NCBI GenBank assembly: GCA_964057225.1
Contig: OZ059895.1
Coordinates: 620,001 to 684,000, forward strand
Direction of reading: 5' to 3'
DNA: 64,000 bases
Source of the DNA: Auanema rhodensis
Taxonomy: Eukaryota; Animalia; Nematoda
Position numbers and translations under genes: made by a program. The notes beneath the pieces were generated by a model. It worked only from the letters and a program-made list of their open reading frames with translations. It ran no database searches and was not told the DNA's origin. Shown in pieces: positions 12,988-28,431 of this stretch. Numbering within the stretch: position 1 is the first letter of the stretch; each line of letters opens with the position of its first letter.

Positions 12988-15900
12988 TCAAAGCAAAGAC
13001 GATGGACAATGTTATTCAACGAAAAAATTAATTCTTCAGGGTGAAAATCGAGGATATAAGTGTGAACTTATATCAGTTGATATCTCGGTGCATTTTTAAG
13101 CTAGCGCAAATCTGATAACACAAATCGACGCAGCTTAAAAATCCGCATCGAATGCACTATACTACATTGAGAAACGCTTAATACAAAAATTAGTTATGAT
13201 CGTTTGAAAAATGATGCATTAGTGTATGTTGAGTTTCCATGTACACTCAACATTGCTTCCAAAAACATTTTGACAAAAATTTTTTCGAAAAATTTCAAAA
13301 TAATTTAGCAAAAAGTAGATGTTTTTAGATTCCATTTTTCAAGGCAAAGACAATGGACAATGTTATTCAACGAAAAAAATGATTCTTCAGGGTGAAAATC
13401 GAGGATATAAGTGTGAACTTATATCAGTTGATATCTCGGTGCATTTTTAAGCTAGCGCAAATATAATAACACAGATCGACGCAGCTTAAAAATCCGCATC
13501 GAATGCACTATACTACATTGAGAAACGCTTAATACAAAAATTTGTTATGATCGTTTGAAAAATGATGCATTAGTGTATGTTGAGTTTCCATGTACACTCA
13601 ACATTGCTTCCAAAAACATTTTGACAAAAATTTTTTCGAAACATTTCAAAATAATTTAGCAAAAAGTAGATGTTTTTAGATTCCTTTTTTCAAGGCAAAG
13701 ACGATGGACAATGTTATTCAACGAAAAAATTAATTCTTCAGGGTGAAAATCGAGGATATAAGTGTGAACTTATATCAGTTGATATCTCGGTGCATTTTTA
13801 AGCTAGCGCAAATCTGATAACACAAATCGACGCAGCTTAAAAATCCGCATCGAATGCACTATACTACATTGAGAAACGCTTAATACAAAAATTAGTTATG
13901 ATCGTTTGAAAAATGATGCATTAGTGTATGTTGAGTTTCCATGTACACTGAACATTGCTTCCAAAAACATTTTGACAAAAATTTTTTCGAAAAATTTCAA
14001 AATAATTTAGCAGAAAGTAGATGTTTTTAGATTCCATTTTTCAAAGCAAAGACGATGGACAATGTTATTCAACGAAAAAATTAATTCTTCAGGGTGAAAA
14101 TCGAGGATATAAGTGTGAACTTATATCAGTTGATATCTCGGTGCATTTTTAAGCTAGCGCAAATCTGATAACACAAATCGACGCAGCTTAAAAATCCGCA
14201 TCGAATGCACTATACTACATTGAGAAACGCTTAATACAAAAATTAGTTATGATCGTTTGAAAAATGATGCATTAGTGTATGTTGAGTTTCCATGTACACT
14301 CAACATTGCTTCCAAAAACATTTTGACAAAAATTTTTTCGAAAAATTTCAAAATAATTTAGCAAAAAGTAGATGTTTTTAGATTCCATTTTTCAAGGCAA
14401 AGACAATGGACAATGTTATTCAACGAAAAAAATGATTCTTCAGGGTGAAAATCGAGGATATAAGTGTGAACTTATATCAGTTGATATCTCGGTGCATTTT
14501 TAAGCTAGCGCAAATATAATAACACAGATCGACGCAGCTTAAAAATCCGCATCGAATGCACTATACTACATTGAGAAACGCTTAATACAAAAATTTGTTA
14601 TGATCGTTTGAAAAATGATGCATTAGTGTATGTTGAGTTTCCATGTACACTCAACATTGCTTCCAAAAACATTTTGACAAAAATTTTTTCGAAACATTTC
14701 AAAATAATTTAGCAAAAAGTAGATGTTTTTAGATTCCTTTTTTCAAGGCAAAGACGATGGACAATGTTATTCAACGAAAAAATTAATTCTTCAGGGTGAA
14801 AATCGAGGATATAAGTGTGAACTTATATCAGTTGATATCTCGGTGCATTTTTAAGCTAGCGCAAATCTGATAACACAAATCGACGCAGCTTAAAAATCCG
14901 CATCGAATGCACTATACTACATTGAGAAACGCTTAATACAAAAATTAGTTATGATCGTTTGAAAAATGATGCATTAGTGTATGTTGAGTTTCCATGTACA
15001 CTCAACATTGCTTCCAAAAACATTTTGACAAAAATTTTTTCGAAAAATTTCAAAATAATTTAGCAAAAAGTAGATGTTTTTAGATTCCATTTTTCAAAGC
15101 AAAGACGATGGACAATGTTATTCAACGAAAAAATTAATTCTTCAGGGTGAAAATCGAGGATATAAGTGTGAACTTATATCAGTTGATATCTCGGTGCATT
15201 TTTAAGCTAGCGCAAATATAATAACACAGATCGACGCAGCTTAAAAATCCGCATCGAATGCACTATACTACATTGAGAAACGCTTAATACAAAAATTTGT
15301 TATGATCGTTTGAAAAATGATGCATTAGTGTATGTTGAGTTTCCATGTACACTCAACATTGCTTCCAAAAACATTTTGACAAAAATTTTTTCGAAACATT
15401 TCAAAATAATTTAGCAAAAAGTAGATGTTTTTAGATTCCTTTTTTCAAGGCAAAGACGATGGACAATGTTATTCAACGAAAAAATTAATTCTTCAGGGTG
15501 AAAATCGAGGATATAAGTGTGAACTTATATCAGTTGATATCTCGGTGCATTTTTAAGCTAGCGCAAATCTGATAACACAAATCGACGCAGCTTAAAAATC
15601 CGCATCGAATGCACTATACTACATTGAGAAACGCTTAATACAAAAATTAGTTATGATCGTTTGAAAAATGATGCATTAGTGTATGTTGAGTTTCCATGTA
15701 CACTCAACATTGCTTCCAAAAACATTTTGACAAAAATTTTTTCGAAAAATTTCAAAATAATTTAGCAGAAAGTAGATGTTTTTAGATTCCATTTTTCAAA
15801 GCAAAGACGATGGACAATGTTATTCAACGAAAAAATTAATTCTTCAGGGTGAAAATCGAGGATATAAGTGTGAACTTATATCAGTTGATATCTCGGTGCA

Positions 15901-17550
15901 TTTTTAAGCTAGCGCAAATCTGATAACACAAATCGACGCAGCTTAAAAATCCGCATCGAATGCACTATACTACATTGAGAAACGCTTAATACAAAAATTA
16001 GTTATGATCGTTTGAAAAATGATGCATTAGTGTATGTTGAGTTTCCATGTACACTCAACATTGCTTCCAAAAACATTTTGACAAAAATTTTTTCGAAAAA
16101 TTTCAAAATAATTTAGCAAAAAGTAGATGTTTTTAGATTCCATTTTTCAAGGCAAAGACAATGGACAATGTTATTCAACGAAAAAAATGATTCTTCAGGG
16201 TGAAAATCGAGGATATAAGTGTGAACTTATATCAGTTGATATCTCGGTGCATTTTTAAGCTAGCGCAAAAATAATAACACAGATCGACGCAGCTTAAAAA
16301 TCCGCATCGAATGCACTATACTACATTGAGAAACGCTTAATACAAAAATTTGTTATGATCGTTTGAAAAATGATGCATTAGTGTATGTTGAGTTTCCATG
16401 TACACTCAACATTGCTTCCAAAAACATTTTGACAAAAATTTTTTCGAAACATTTCAAAATAATTTAGCAAAAAGTAGATGTTTTTAGATTCCTTTTTTCA
16501 AGGCAAAGACGATGGACAATGTTATTCAACGAAAAAATTAATTCTTCAGGGTGAAAATCGAGGATATAAGTGTGAACTTATATCAGTTGATATCTCGGTG
16601 CATTTTTAAGCTAGCGCAAATCTGATAACACAAATCGACGCAGCTTAAAAAACCGCATCGAATGCACTATACTACATTGAGAAACGCTTAATACAAAAAT
16701 TAGTTATGATCGTTTGAAAAATGATGCATTAGTGTATGTTGAGTTTCCATGTACACTCAACATTGCTTCCAAAAACATTTTGACAAAAATTTTTTCGAAA
16801 AATTTCAAAATAATTTAGCAAAAAGTAGATGTTTTTAGATTCCATTTTTCAAAGCAAAGACGATGGACAATGTTATTCAACGAAAAAATTAATTCTTCAG
16901 GGTGAAAATCGAGGATATAAGTGTGAACTTATATCAGTTGATATCTCGGTGCATTTTTAAGCTAGCGCAAATCTGATAACACAAATCGACGCAGCTTAAA
17001 AATCCGCATCGAATGCACTATACTACATTGAGAAACGCTTAATACAAAAATTAGTTATGATCGTTTGAAAAATGATGCATTAGTGTATGTTGAGTTTCCA
17101 TGTACACTCAACATTGCTTCCAAAAACATTTTGACAAAAATTTTTTCGAAAAATTTCAAAATAATTTAGCAAAAAGTAGATGTTTTTAGATTCCATTTTT
17201 CAAGGCAAAGACAATGGACAATGTTATTCAACGAAAAAAATGATTCTTCAGGGTGAAAATCGAGGATATAAGTGTGAACTTATATCAGTTGATATCTCGG
17301 TGCATTTTTAAGCTAGCGCAAATATGATAACACAGATCGACGCAGCTTAAAAATCCGCATCGAATGCACTATACTACATTGAGAAACGCTTAATACAAAA
17401 ATTTGTTATGATCGTTTGAAAAATGATGCATTAGTGTATGTTGAGTTTCCATGTACACTCAACATTGCTTCCAAAAACATTTTGACAAAAATTTTTTCGA
17501 AAAATTTCAAAATAATTTAGCAAAAAGTAGATGTTTTTAGATTTCATTTT
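12988..17550. repeat. Local 3-monomer (1053-bp) higher-order repeat, about 4 copies including one collapsed copy
   Basis: Repeating order: tcaaAgc monomer, then gacAa/aTGa/aaatAt monomer, then plain monomer. Units start at 12988, 14041, 15094 (chimeric), 15796 and 16849. Confidence 0.75.
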
Positions 17551-19656
17551 TCAAGGCAAAGACGATAGACAATGTTATTCAACGAAAAAATTAATTCTTC
17601 AGGGTGAAAATCGAGGATATAAGTGTGAACTTATATCAGTTGATATCTCGGTGCATTTTTAAGCTAGCGCAAATCTGATAACACAGATCGACGCAGCTTA
17701 AAAATCCGCATCGAATGCACTATACTACATTGAGAAACGCTTAATACAAAAATTAGTTATGATCGTTTGAAAAATGATGCATTAGTGTATGTTGAGTTTC
17801 CATGTACACTCAACATTGCTTCCAAAAACATTTTGACAAAAAGTTTTTCGAAAAATTTCAAAATAATTTAGCAAAAAGTAGATGTTTTTAGATTCCGTTT
17901 TTCAAGGCAAAGACGATGGACAATGTTATTCAACGAAAAAAATAATTCTTCAGGGTGAAAATCGAGGATATAAGTGTGAACTTATATCAGTTGATATCTC
18001 GGTGCATTTTTAAGCTAGCGCAAATCTGATAACACAGATCGACGCAGCTTAAAAATCCGCATCGAGTGCACTATACTACATTGAAAAACGCTTAATACAA
18101 AAATTAGTTATGATCGTTTGAAAAATGATGCATTAGTGTATGTTGAGTTTCCATGTACACTCAACATTGCTTCCAAAAACATTTTGACAAAAATTTTTTC
18201 GAAACATTTCAAAATAATTTAGCAAAAAGTAGATGTTTTTAGATTCCTTTTTTCAAGGCAAAGACGATGGACAATGTTATTCAACGAAAAAATTAATTCT
18301 TCAGGGTGAAAATCGAGGATATAAGTGTGAACTTATATCAGTTGATATCTCGGTGCATTTTTAAGCTAGCGCAAATCTGATAACACAAATCGACGCAGCT
18401 TAAAAATCCGCATCGAATGCACTATACTACATTGAGAAACGCTTAATACAAAAATTAGTTATGATCGTTTGAAAAATGATGCATTAGTGTATGTTGAGTT
18501 TCCATGTACACTCAACATTGCTTCCAAAAACATTTTGACAAAAATTTTTTCGAAAAATTTCAAAATAATTTAGCAAAAAGTAGATGTTTTTAGATTTCAT
18601 TTTTCAAGGCAAAGACGATAGACAATGTTATTCAACGAAAAAATTAATTCTTCAGGGTGAAAATCGAGGATATAAGTGTGAACTTATATCAGTTGATATC
18701 TCGGTGCATTTTTAAGCTAGCGCAAATCTGATAACACAGATCGACGCAGCTTAAAAATCCGCATCGAATGCACTATACTACATTGAGAAACGCTTAATAC
18801 AAAAATTAGTTATGATCGTTTGAAAAATGATGCATTAGTGTATGTTGAGTTTCCATGTACACTCAACATTGCTTCCAAAAACATTTTGACAAAAAGTTTT
18901 TCGAAAAATTTCAAAATAATTTAGCAAAAAGTAGATGTTTTTAGATTCCGTTTTTCAAGGCAAAGACGATGGACAATGTTATTCAACGAAAAAAATAATT
19001 CTTCAGGGTGAAAATCGAGGATATAAGTGTGAACTTATATCAGTTGATATCTCGGTGCATTTTTAAGCTAGCGCAAATCTGATAACACAGATCGACGCAG
19101 CTTAAAAATCCGCATCGAGTGCACTATACTACATTGAAAAACGCTTAATACAAAAATTAGTTATGATCGTTTGAAAAATGATGCATTAGTGTATGTTGAG
19201 TTTCCATGTACACTCAACATTGCTTCCAAAAACATTTTGACAAAAATTTTTTCGAAACATTTCAAAATAATTTAGCAAAAAGTAGATGTTTTTAGATTCC
19301 TTTTTTCAAGGCAAAGACGATGGACAATGTTATTCAACGAAAAAATTAATTCTTCAGGGTGAAAATCGAGGATATAAGTGTGAACTTATATCAGTTGATA
19401 TCTCGGTGCATTTTTAAGCTAGCGCAAATCTGATAACACAAATCGACGCAGCTTAAAAATCCGCATCGAATGCACTATACTACATTGAGAAACGCTTAAT
19501 ACAAAAATTAGTTATGATCGTTTGAAAAATGATGCATTAGTGTATGTTGAGTTTCCATGTACACTCAACATTGCTTCCAAAAACATTTTGACAAAAATTT
19601 TTTCGAAAAATTTCAAAATAATTTAGCAAAAAGTAGATGTTTTTAGATTTCATTTT
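17551..19656. repeat. Tandem duplication of a 3-monomer unit (2 x 1053 bp)
   Basis: The private allele ttccGtttt occurs at about 17897 and 18950, 1053 bp apart, with matching neighbouring variants. Confidence 0.85.
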
Positions 19657-22600
19657 TCAAGGCAAAGACGATAGACAATGTTATTCAACGAAAAAATTAA
19701 TTCTTCAGGGTGAAAATCGAGGATATAAGTGTGAACTTATATCAGTTGATATCTCGGTGCATTTTTAAGCTAGCGCAAATCTGATAACACAGATCGACGC
19801 AGCTTAAAAATCCGCATCGAATGCACTATACTACATTGAGAAACGCTTAATACAAAAATTTGTTATGATCGTTTGAAAAATGATGCATTAGTGTATGTTG
19901 AGTTTCCATGTACACTCAACATTGCTTCCAAAAACATTTTGACAAAAATTTTTTCGAAACATTTCAAAATAATTTAGCAAAAAGTAGATGTTTTTAGATT
20001 CCTTTTTTTAAGGCAAAGACGATGGACAATGTTATTTAACGAAAAAATTAATTCTTCAGGGTGAAAATCGAGGGTATAAGTGTGAACTTATATCAGTTGA
20101 TATCTCGGTGCATTTTTAAGCTAGCGCAAATCTGATAACACAGATCGACGCAGCTTAAAAATCCGCATCGAATGCACTATACTACATTGAGAAACGCTTA
20201 ATACAAAAATTTGTTATGATCGTTTGAAAAATGATGCATTAGTGTATGTTGAGTTTCCATGTACACTCAACATTGCTTCCAAAAACATTTTGACAAAAAT
20301 TTTTTCGAAACATTTCAAAATAATTTAGCAAAAAGTAGATGTTTTTAGATTCCTTTTTTCAAGGCAAAGACGATGGACAATGTTATTCAACGAAAAAATT
20401 AATTCTTCAGGGTGAAAATCGAGGGTATAAGTGTGAACTTATATCAGTTGATATCTCGGTGCATTTTTAAGCTAGCGCAAATCTGATAACACAAATCGAC
20501 GCAGCTTAAAAATCCGCATCGAATGCACTATACTACATTGAGAAACGCTTAATACAAAAATTAGTTATGATCGTTTGAAAAATGATGCATTAGTGTATGT
20601 TGAGTTTCCATGTACACTCAACATTGCTTCCAAAAACATTTTGACAAAAATTTTTTCGAAAAATTTCAAAATAATTTAGCAAAAAGTAGATGTTTTTAGA
20701 TTTCATTTTTCAAGGCAAAGACGATAGACAATGTTATTCAACGAAAAAATTAATTCTTCAGGGTGAAAATCGAGGATATAAGTGTGAACTTATATCAGTT
20801 GATATCTCGGTGCATTTTTAAGCTAGCGCAAATCTGATAACACAGATCGACGCAGCTTAAAAATCCGCATCGAATGCACTATACTACATTGAGAAACGCT
20901 TAATACAAAAATTTGTTATGATCGTTTGAAAAATGATGCATTAGTGTATGTTGAGTTTCCATGTACACTCAACATTGCTTCCAAAAACATTTTGACAAAA
21001 ATTTTTTCGAAACATTTCAAAATAATTTAGCAAAAAGTAGATGTTTTTAGATTCCTTTTTTCAAGGCAAAGACGATGGACAATGTTATTCAACGAAAAAA
21101 TTAATTCTTCAGGGTGAAAATCGAGGATATAAGTGTGAACTTATATCAGTTGATATCTCGGTGCATTTTTAAGCTAGCGCAAATCTGATAACACAGATCG
21201 ACGCAGCTTAAAAATCCGCATCGAGTGCACTATACTACATTGAAAAACGCTTAATACAAAAATTAGTTATGATCGTTTGAAAAATGATGCATTAGTGTAT
21301 GTTGAGTTTCCATGTACACTCAACATTGCTTCCAAAAACATTTTGACAAAAATTTTTTCGAAAAATTTCAAAATAATTTAGCAAAAAGTAGATGTTTTTA
21401 GATTCCATTTTTCAAAGCAAAGACGATGGACAATGTTATTCAACGAAAAAATTAATTCTTCAGGGTGAAAATCGAGGATATAAGTGTGAACTTATATCAG
21501 TTGATATCTCGGTGCATTTTTAAGCTAGCGCAAATCTGATAACACAAATCGACGCAGCTTAAAAATCCGCATCGAATGCACTATACTACATTGAGAAACG
21601 CTTAATACAAAAATTAGTTATGATCGTTTGAAAAATGATGCATTAGTGTATGTTGAGTTTCCATGTACACTCAACATTGCTTCCAAAAACATTTTGACAA
21701 AAATTTTTTCGAAAAATTTCAAAATAATTTAGCAAAAAGTAGATGTTTTTAGATTCCATTTTTCAAGGCAAAGACAATGGACAATGTTATTCAACGAAAA
21801 AAATGATTCTTCAGGGTGAAAATCGAGGATATAAGTGTGAACTTATATCAGTTGATATCTCGGTGCATTTTTAAGCTAGCGCAAATATAATAACACAGAT
21901 CGACGCAGCTTAAAAATCCGCATCGAATGCACTATACTACATTGAGAAACGCTTAATACAAAAATTTGTTATGATCGTTTGAAAAATGATGCATTAGTGT
22001 ATGTTGAGTTTCCATGTACACTCAACATTGCTTCCAAAAACATTTTGACAAAAATTTTTTCGAAACATTTCAAAATAATTTAGCAAAAAGTAGATGTTTT
22101 TAGATTCCTTTTTTCAAGGCAAAGACGATGGACAATGTTATTCAACGAAAAAATTAATTCTTCAGGGTGAAAATCGAGGATATAAGTGTGAACTTATATC
22201 AGTTGATATCTCGGTGCATTTTTAAGCTAGCGCAAATCTGATAACACAAATCGACGCAGCTTAAAAATCCGCATCGAATGCACTATACTACATTGAGAAA
22301 CGCTTAATACAAAAATTAGTTATGATCGTTTGAAAAATGATGCATTAGTGTATGTTGAGTTTCCATGTACACTCAACATTGCTTCCAAAAACATTTTGAC
22401 AAAAATTTTTTCGAAAAATTTCAAAATAATTTAGCAAAAAGTAGATGTTTTTAGATTCCTTTTTTCAAGGCAAAGACGATGGACAATGTTATTCAACGAA
22501 AAAATTAATTCTTCAGGGTGAAAATCGAGGATATAAGTGTGAACTTATATCAGTTGATATCTCGGTGCATTTTTAAGCTAGCGCAAATATAATAACACAG

Positions 22601-24921
22601 ATCGACGCAGCTTAAAAATCCGCATCGAATGCACTATACTACATTGAGAAACGCTTAATACAAAAATTTGTTATGATCGTTTGAAAAATGATGCATTAGT
22701 GTAGGTTGAGTTTCCATGTACACTCAACATTGCTTCCAAAAACATTTTGACAAAAATTTTTTCGAAACATTTCAAAATAATTTAGCAAAAAGTAGATGTT
22801 TTTAGATTCCTTTTTTCAAGGCAAAGACGATGGACAATGTTATTCAACGAAAAAATTAATTCTTCAGGGTGAAAATCGAGGATATAAGTGTGAACTTATA
22901 TCAGTTGATATCTCGGTGCATTTTTAAGCTAGCGCAAATCTGATAACACAAATCGACGCAGCTTAAAAATCCGCATCGAATGCACTATACTACATTGAGA
23001 AACGCTTAATACAAAAATTAGTTATGATCGTTTGAAAAATGATGCATTAGTGTATGTTGAGTTTCCATGTACACTCAACATTGCTTCCAAAAACATTTTG
23101 ACAAAAATTTTTTCGAAAAATTTCAAAATAATTTAGCAGAAAGTAGATGTTTTTAGATTCCATTTTTCAAAGCAAAGACGATGGACAATGTTATTCAACG
23201 AAAAAATTAATTCTTCAGGGTGAAAATCGAGGATATAAGTGTGAACTTATATCAGTTGATATCTCGGTGCATTTTTAAGCTAGCGCAAATCTGATAACAC
23301 AAATCGACGCAGCTTAAAAATCCGCATCGAATGCACTATACTACATTGAGAAACGCTTAATACAAAAATTAGTTATGATCGTTTGAAAAATGATGCATTA
23401 GTGTATGTTGAGTTTCCATGTACACTCAACATTGCTTCCAAAAACATTTTGACAAAAATTTTTTCGAAAAATTTCAAAATAATTTAGCAAAAAGTAGATG
23501 TTTTTAGATTCCATTTTTCAAGGCAAAGACAATGGACAATGTTATTCAACGAAAAAAATGATTCTTCAGGGTGAAAATCGAGGATATAAGTGTGAACTTA
23601 TATCAGTTGATATCTCGGTGCATTTTTAAGCTAGCGCAAATATAATAACACAGATCGACGCAGCTTAAAAATCCGCATCGAATGCACTATACTACATTGA
23701 GAAACGCTTAATACAAAAATTTGTTATGATCGTTTGAAAAATGATGCATTAGTGTATGTTGAGTTTCCATGTACACTCAACATTGCTTCCAAAAACATTT
23801 TGACAAAAATTTTTTCGAAACATTTCAAAATAATTTAGCAAAAAGTAGATGTTTTTAGATTCCTTTTTTCAAGGCAAAGACGATGGACAATGTTATTCAA
23901 CGAAAAAATTAATTCTTCAGGGTGAAAATCGAGGATATAAGTGTGAACTTATATCAGTTGATATCTCGGTGCATTTTTAAGCTAGCGCAAATCTGATAAC
24001 ACAAATCGACGCAGCTTAAAAATCCGCATCGAATGCACTATACTACATTGAGAAACGCTTAATACAAAAATTTGTTATGATCGTTTGAAAAATGATGCAT
24101 TAGTGTATGTTGAGTTTCCATGTACACTCAACATTGCTTCCAAAAACATTTTGACAAAAATTTTTTCGAAACATTTCAAAATAATTTAGCAAAAAGTAGA
24201 TGTTTTTAGATTCCTTTTTTCAAGGCAAAGACGATGGACAATGTTATTCAACGAAAAAATTAATTCTTCAGGGTGAAAATCGAGGATATAAGTGTGAACT
24301 TATATCAGTTGATATCTCGGTGCATTTTTAAGCTAGCGCAAATCTGATAACACAGATCGACGCAGCTTAAAAATCCGCATCGAGTGCACTATACTACATT
24401 GAAAAACGCTTAATACAAAAATTAGTTATGATCGTTTGAAAAATGATGCATTAGTGTATGTTGAGTTTCCATGTACACTCAACATTGCTTCCAAAAACAT
24501 TTTGACAAAAATTTTTTCGAAAAATTTCAAAATAATTTAGCAAAAAGTAGATGTTTTTAGATTCCATTTTTCAAAGCAAAGACGATGGACAATGTTATTC
24601 AACGAAAAAATTAATTCTTCAGGGTGAAAATCGAGGATATAAGTGTGAACTTATATCAGTTGATATCTCGGTGCATTTTTAAGCTAGCGCAAATCTGATA
24701 ACACAAATCGACGCAGCTTAAAAATCCGCATCGAATGCACTATACTACATTGAGAAACGCTTAATACAAAAATTAGTTATGATCGTTTGAAAAATGATGC
24801 ATTAGTGTATGTTGAGTTTCCATGTACACTCAACATTGCTTCCAAAAACATTTTGACAAAAATTTTTTCGAAAAATTTCAAAATAATTTAGCAAAAAGTA
24901 GATGTTTTTAGATTCCATTTT

Positions 24922-27900
24922 TCAAGGCAAAGACAATGGACAATGTTATTCAACGAAAAAAATGATTCTTCAGGGTGAAAATCGAGGATATAAGTGTGAA
25001 CTTATATCAGTTGATATCTCGGTGCATTTTTAAGCTAGCGCAAATATAATAACACAGATCGACGCAGCTTAAAAATCCGCATCGAATGCACTATACTACA
25101 TTGAGAAACGCTTAATACAAAAATTTGTTATGATCGTTTGAAAAATGATGCATTAGTGTATGTTGAGTTTCCATGTACACTCAACATTGCTTCCAAAAAC
25201 ATTTTGACAAAAATTTTTTCGAAACATTTCAAAATAATTTAGCAAAAAGTAGATGTTTTTAGATTCCTTTTTTCAAGGCAAAGACGATGGACAATGTTAT
25301 TCAACGAAAAAATTAATTCTTCAGGGTGAAAATCGAGGATATAAGTGTGAACTTATATCAGTTGATATCTCGGTGCATTTTTAAGCTAGCGCAAATCTGA
25401 TAACACAAATCGACGCAGCTTAAAAATCCGCATCGAATGCACTATACTACATTGAGAAACGCTTAATACAAAAATTAGTTATGATCGTTTGAAAAATGAT
25501 GCATTAGTGTATGTTGAGTTTCCATGTACACTCAACATTGCTTCCAAAAACATTTTGACAAAAATTTTTTCGAAAAATTTCAAAATAATTTAGCAAAAAG
25601 TAGATGTTTTTAGATTCCATTTTTCAAAGCAAAGACGATGGACAATGTTATTCAACGAAAAAATTAATTCTTCAGGGTGAAAATCGAGGATATAAGTGTG
25701 AACTTATATCAGTTGATATCTCGGTGCATTTTTAAGCTAGCGCAAATCTGATAACACAAATCGACGCAGCTTAAAAATCCGCATCGAATGCACTATACTA
25801 CATTGAGAAACGCTTAATACAAAAATTAGTTATGATCGTTTGAAAAATGATGCATTAGTGTATGTTGAGTTTCCATGTACACTCAACATTGCTTCCAAAA
25901 ACATTTTGACAAAAATTTTTTCGAAAAATTTCAAAATAATTTAGCAAAAAGTAGATGTTTTTAGATTCCATTTTTCAAGGCAAAGACAATGGACAATGTT
26001 ATTCAACGAAAAAAATGATTCTTCAGGGTGAAAATCGAGGATATAAGTGTGAACTTATATCAGTTGATATCTCGGTGCATTTTTAAGCTAGCGCAAATAT
26101 GATAACACAGATCGACGCAGCTTAAAAATCCGCATCGAATGCACTATACTACATTGAGAAACGCTTAATACAAAAATTTGTTATGATCGTTTGAAAAATG
26201 ATGCATTAGTGTATGTTGAGTTTCCATGTACACTCAACATTGCTTCCAAAAACATTTTGACAAAAATTTTTTCGAAAAATTTCAAAATAATTTAGCAAAA
26301 AGTAGATGTTTTTAGATTTCATTTTTCAAGGCAAAGACGATAGACAATGTTATTCAACGAAAAAATTAATTCTTCAGGGTGAAAATCGAGGATATAAGTG
26401 TGAACTTATATCAGTTGATATCTCGGTGCATTTTTAAGCTAGCGCAAATCTGATAACACAGATCGACGCATCTTAAAAATCCGCATCGAATGCACTATAC
26501 TACATTGAGAAACGCTTAATACAAAAATTAGTTATGATCGTTTGAAAAATGATGCATTAGTGTATGTTGAGTTTCCATGTACACTCAACATTGCTTCCAA
26601 AAACATTTTGACAAAAATTTTTTCGAAAAATTTCAAAATAATTTAGCAAAAAGTAGATGTTTTTAGATTCCATTTTTCAAGGCAAAGACAATGGACAATG
26701 TTATTCAACGAAAAAAATGATTCTTCAGGGTGAAAATCGAGGATATAAGTGTGAACTTATATCAGTTGATATCTCGGTGCATTTTTAAGCTAGCGCAAAT
26801 ATAATAACACAGATCGACGCAGCTTAAAAATCCGCATCGAATGCACTATACTACATTGAGAAACGCTTAATACAAAAATTTGTTATGATCGTTTGAAAAA
26901 TGATGCATTAGTGTATGTTGAGTTTCCATGTACACTCAACATTGCTTCCAAAAACATTTTGACAAAAATTTTTTCGAAACATTTCAAAATAATTTAGCAA
27001 AAAGTAGATGTTTTTAGATTCCTTTTTTCAAGGCAAAGACGATGGACAATGTTATTCAACGAAAAAATTAATTCTTCAGGGTGAAAATCGAGGATATAAG
27101 TGTGAACTTATATCAGTTGATATCTCGGTGCATTTTTAAGCTAGCGCAAATCTGATAACACAAATCGACGCAGCTTAAAAATCCGCATCGAATGCACTAT
27201 ACTACATTGAGAAACGCTTAATACAAAAATTAGTTATGATCGTTTGAAAAATGATGCATTAGTGTATGTTGAGTTTCCATGTACACTCAACATTGCTTCC
27301 AAAAACATTTTGACAAAAATTTTTTCGAAAAATTTCAAAATAATTTAGCAAAAAGTAGATGTTTTTAGATTCCATTTTTCAAAGCAAAGACGATGGACAA
27401 TGTTATTCAACGAAAAAATTAATTCTTCAGGGTGAAAATCGAGGATATAAGTGTGAACTTATATCAGTTGATATCTCGGTGCATTTTTAAGCTAGCGCAA
27501 ATCTGATAACACAAATCGACGCAGCTTAAAAATCCGCATCGAATGCACTATACTACATTGAGAAACGCTTAATACAAAAATTAGTTATGATCGTTTGAAA
27601 AATGATGCATTAGTGTATGTTGAGTTTCCATGTACACTCAACATTGCTTCCAAAAACATTTTGACAAAAATTTTTTCGAAAAATTTCAAAATAATTTAGC
27701 AAAAAGTAGATGTTTTTAGATTCCATTTTTCAAGGCAAAGACAATGGACAATGTTATTCAACGAAAAAAATGATTCTTCAGGGTGAAAATCGAGGATATA
27801 AGTGTGAACTTATATCAGTTGATATCTCGGTGCATTTTTAAGCTAGCGCAAATATGATAACACAGATCGACGCAGCTTAAAAATCCGCATCGAATGCACT

Positions 27901-28431
27901 ATACTACATTGAGAAACGCTTAATACAAAAATTTGTTATGATCGTTTGAAAAATGATGCATTAGTGTATGTTGAGTTTCCATGTACACTCAACATTGCTT
28001 CCAAAAACATTTTGACAAAAATTTTTTCGAAAAATTTCAAAATAATTTAGCAAAAAGTAGATGTTTTTAGATTTCATTTTTCAAGGCAAAGACGATAGAC
28101 AATGTTATTCAACGAAAAAATTAATTCTTCAGGGTGAAAATCGAGGATATAAGTGTGAACTTATATCAGTTGATATCTCGGTGCATTTTTAAGCTAGCGC
28201 AAATCTGATAACACAGATCGACGCATCTTAAAAATCCGCATCGAATGCACTATACTACATTGAGAAACGCTTAATACAAAAATTAGTTATGATCGTTTGA
28301 AAAATGATGCATTAGTGTATGTTGAGTTTCCATGTACACTCAACATTGCTTCCAAAAACATTTTGACAAAAAGTTTTTCGAAAAATTTCAAAATAATTTA
28401 GCAAAAAGTAGATGTTTTTAGATTTCTTTTT
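24922..28431. repeat. Tandem duplication of a 5-monomer unit (2 x 1755 bp)
   Basis: The private allele gcaTctta occurs at 26471 and 28226, 1755 bp apart, with the same monomer-type order in both copies. Confidence 0.82.
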
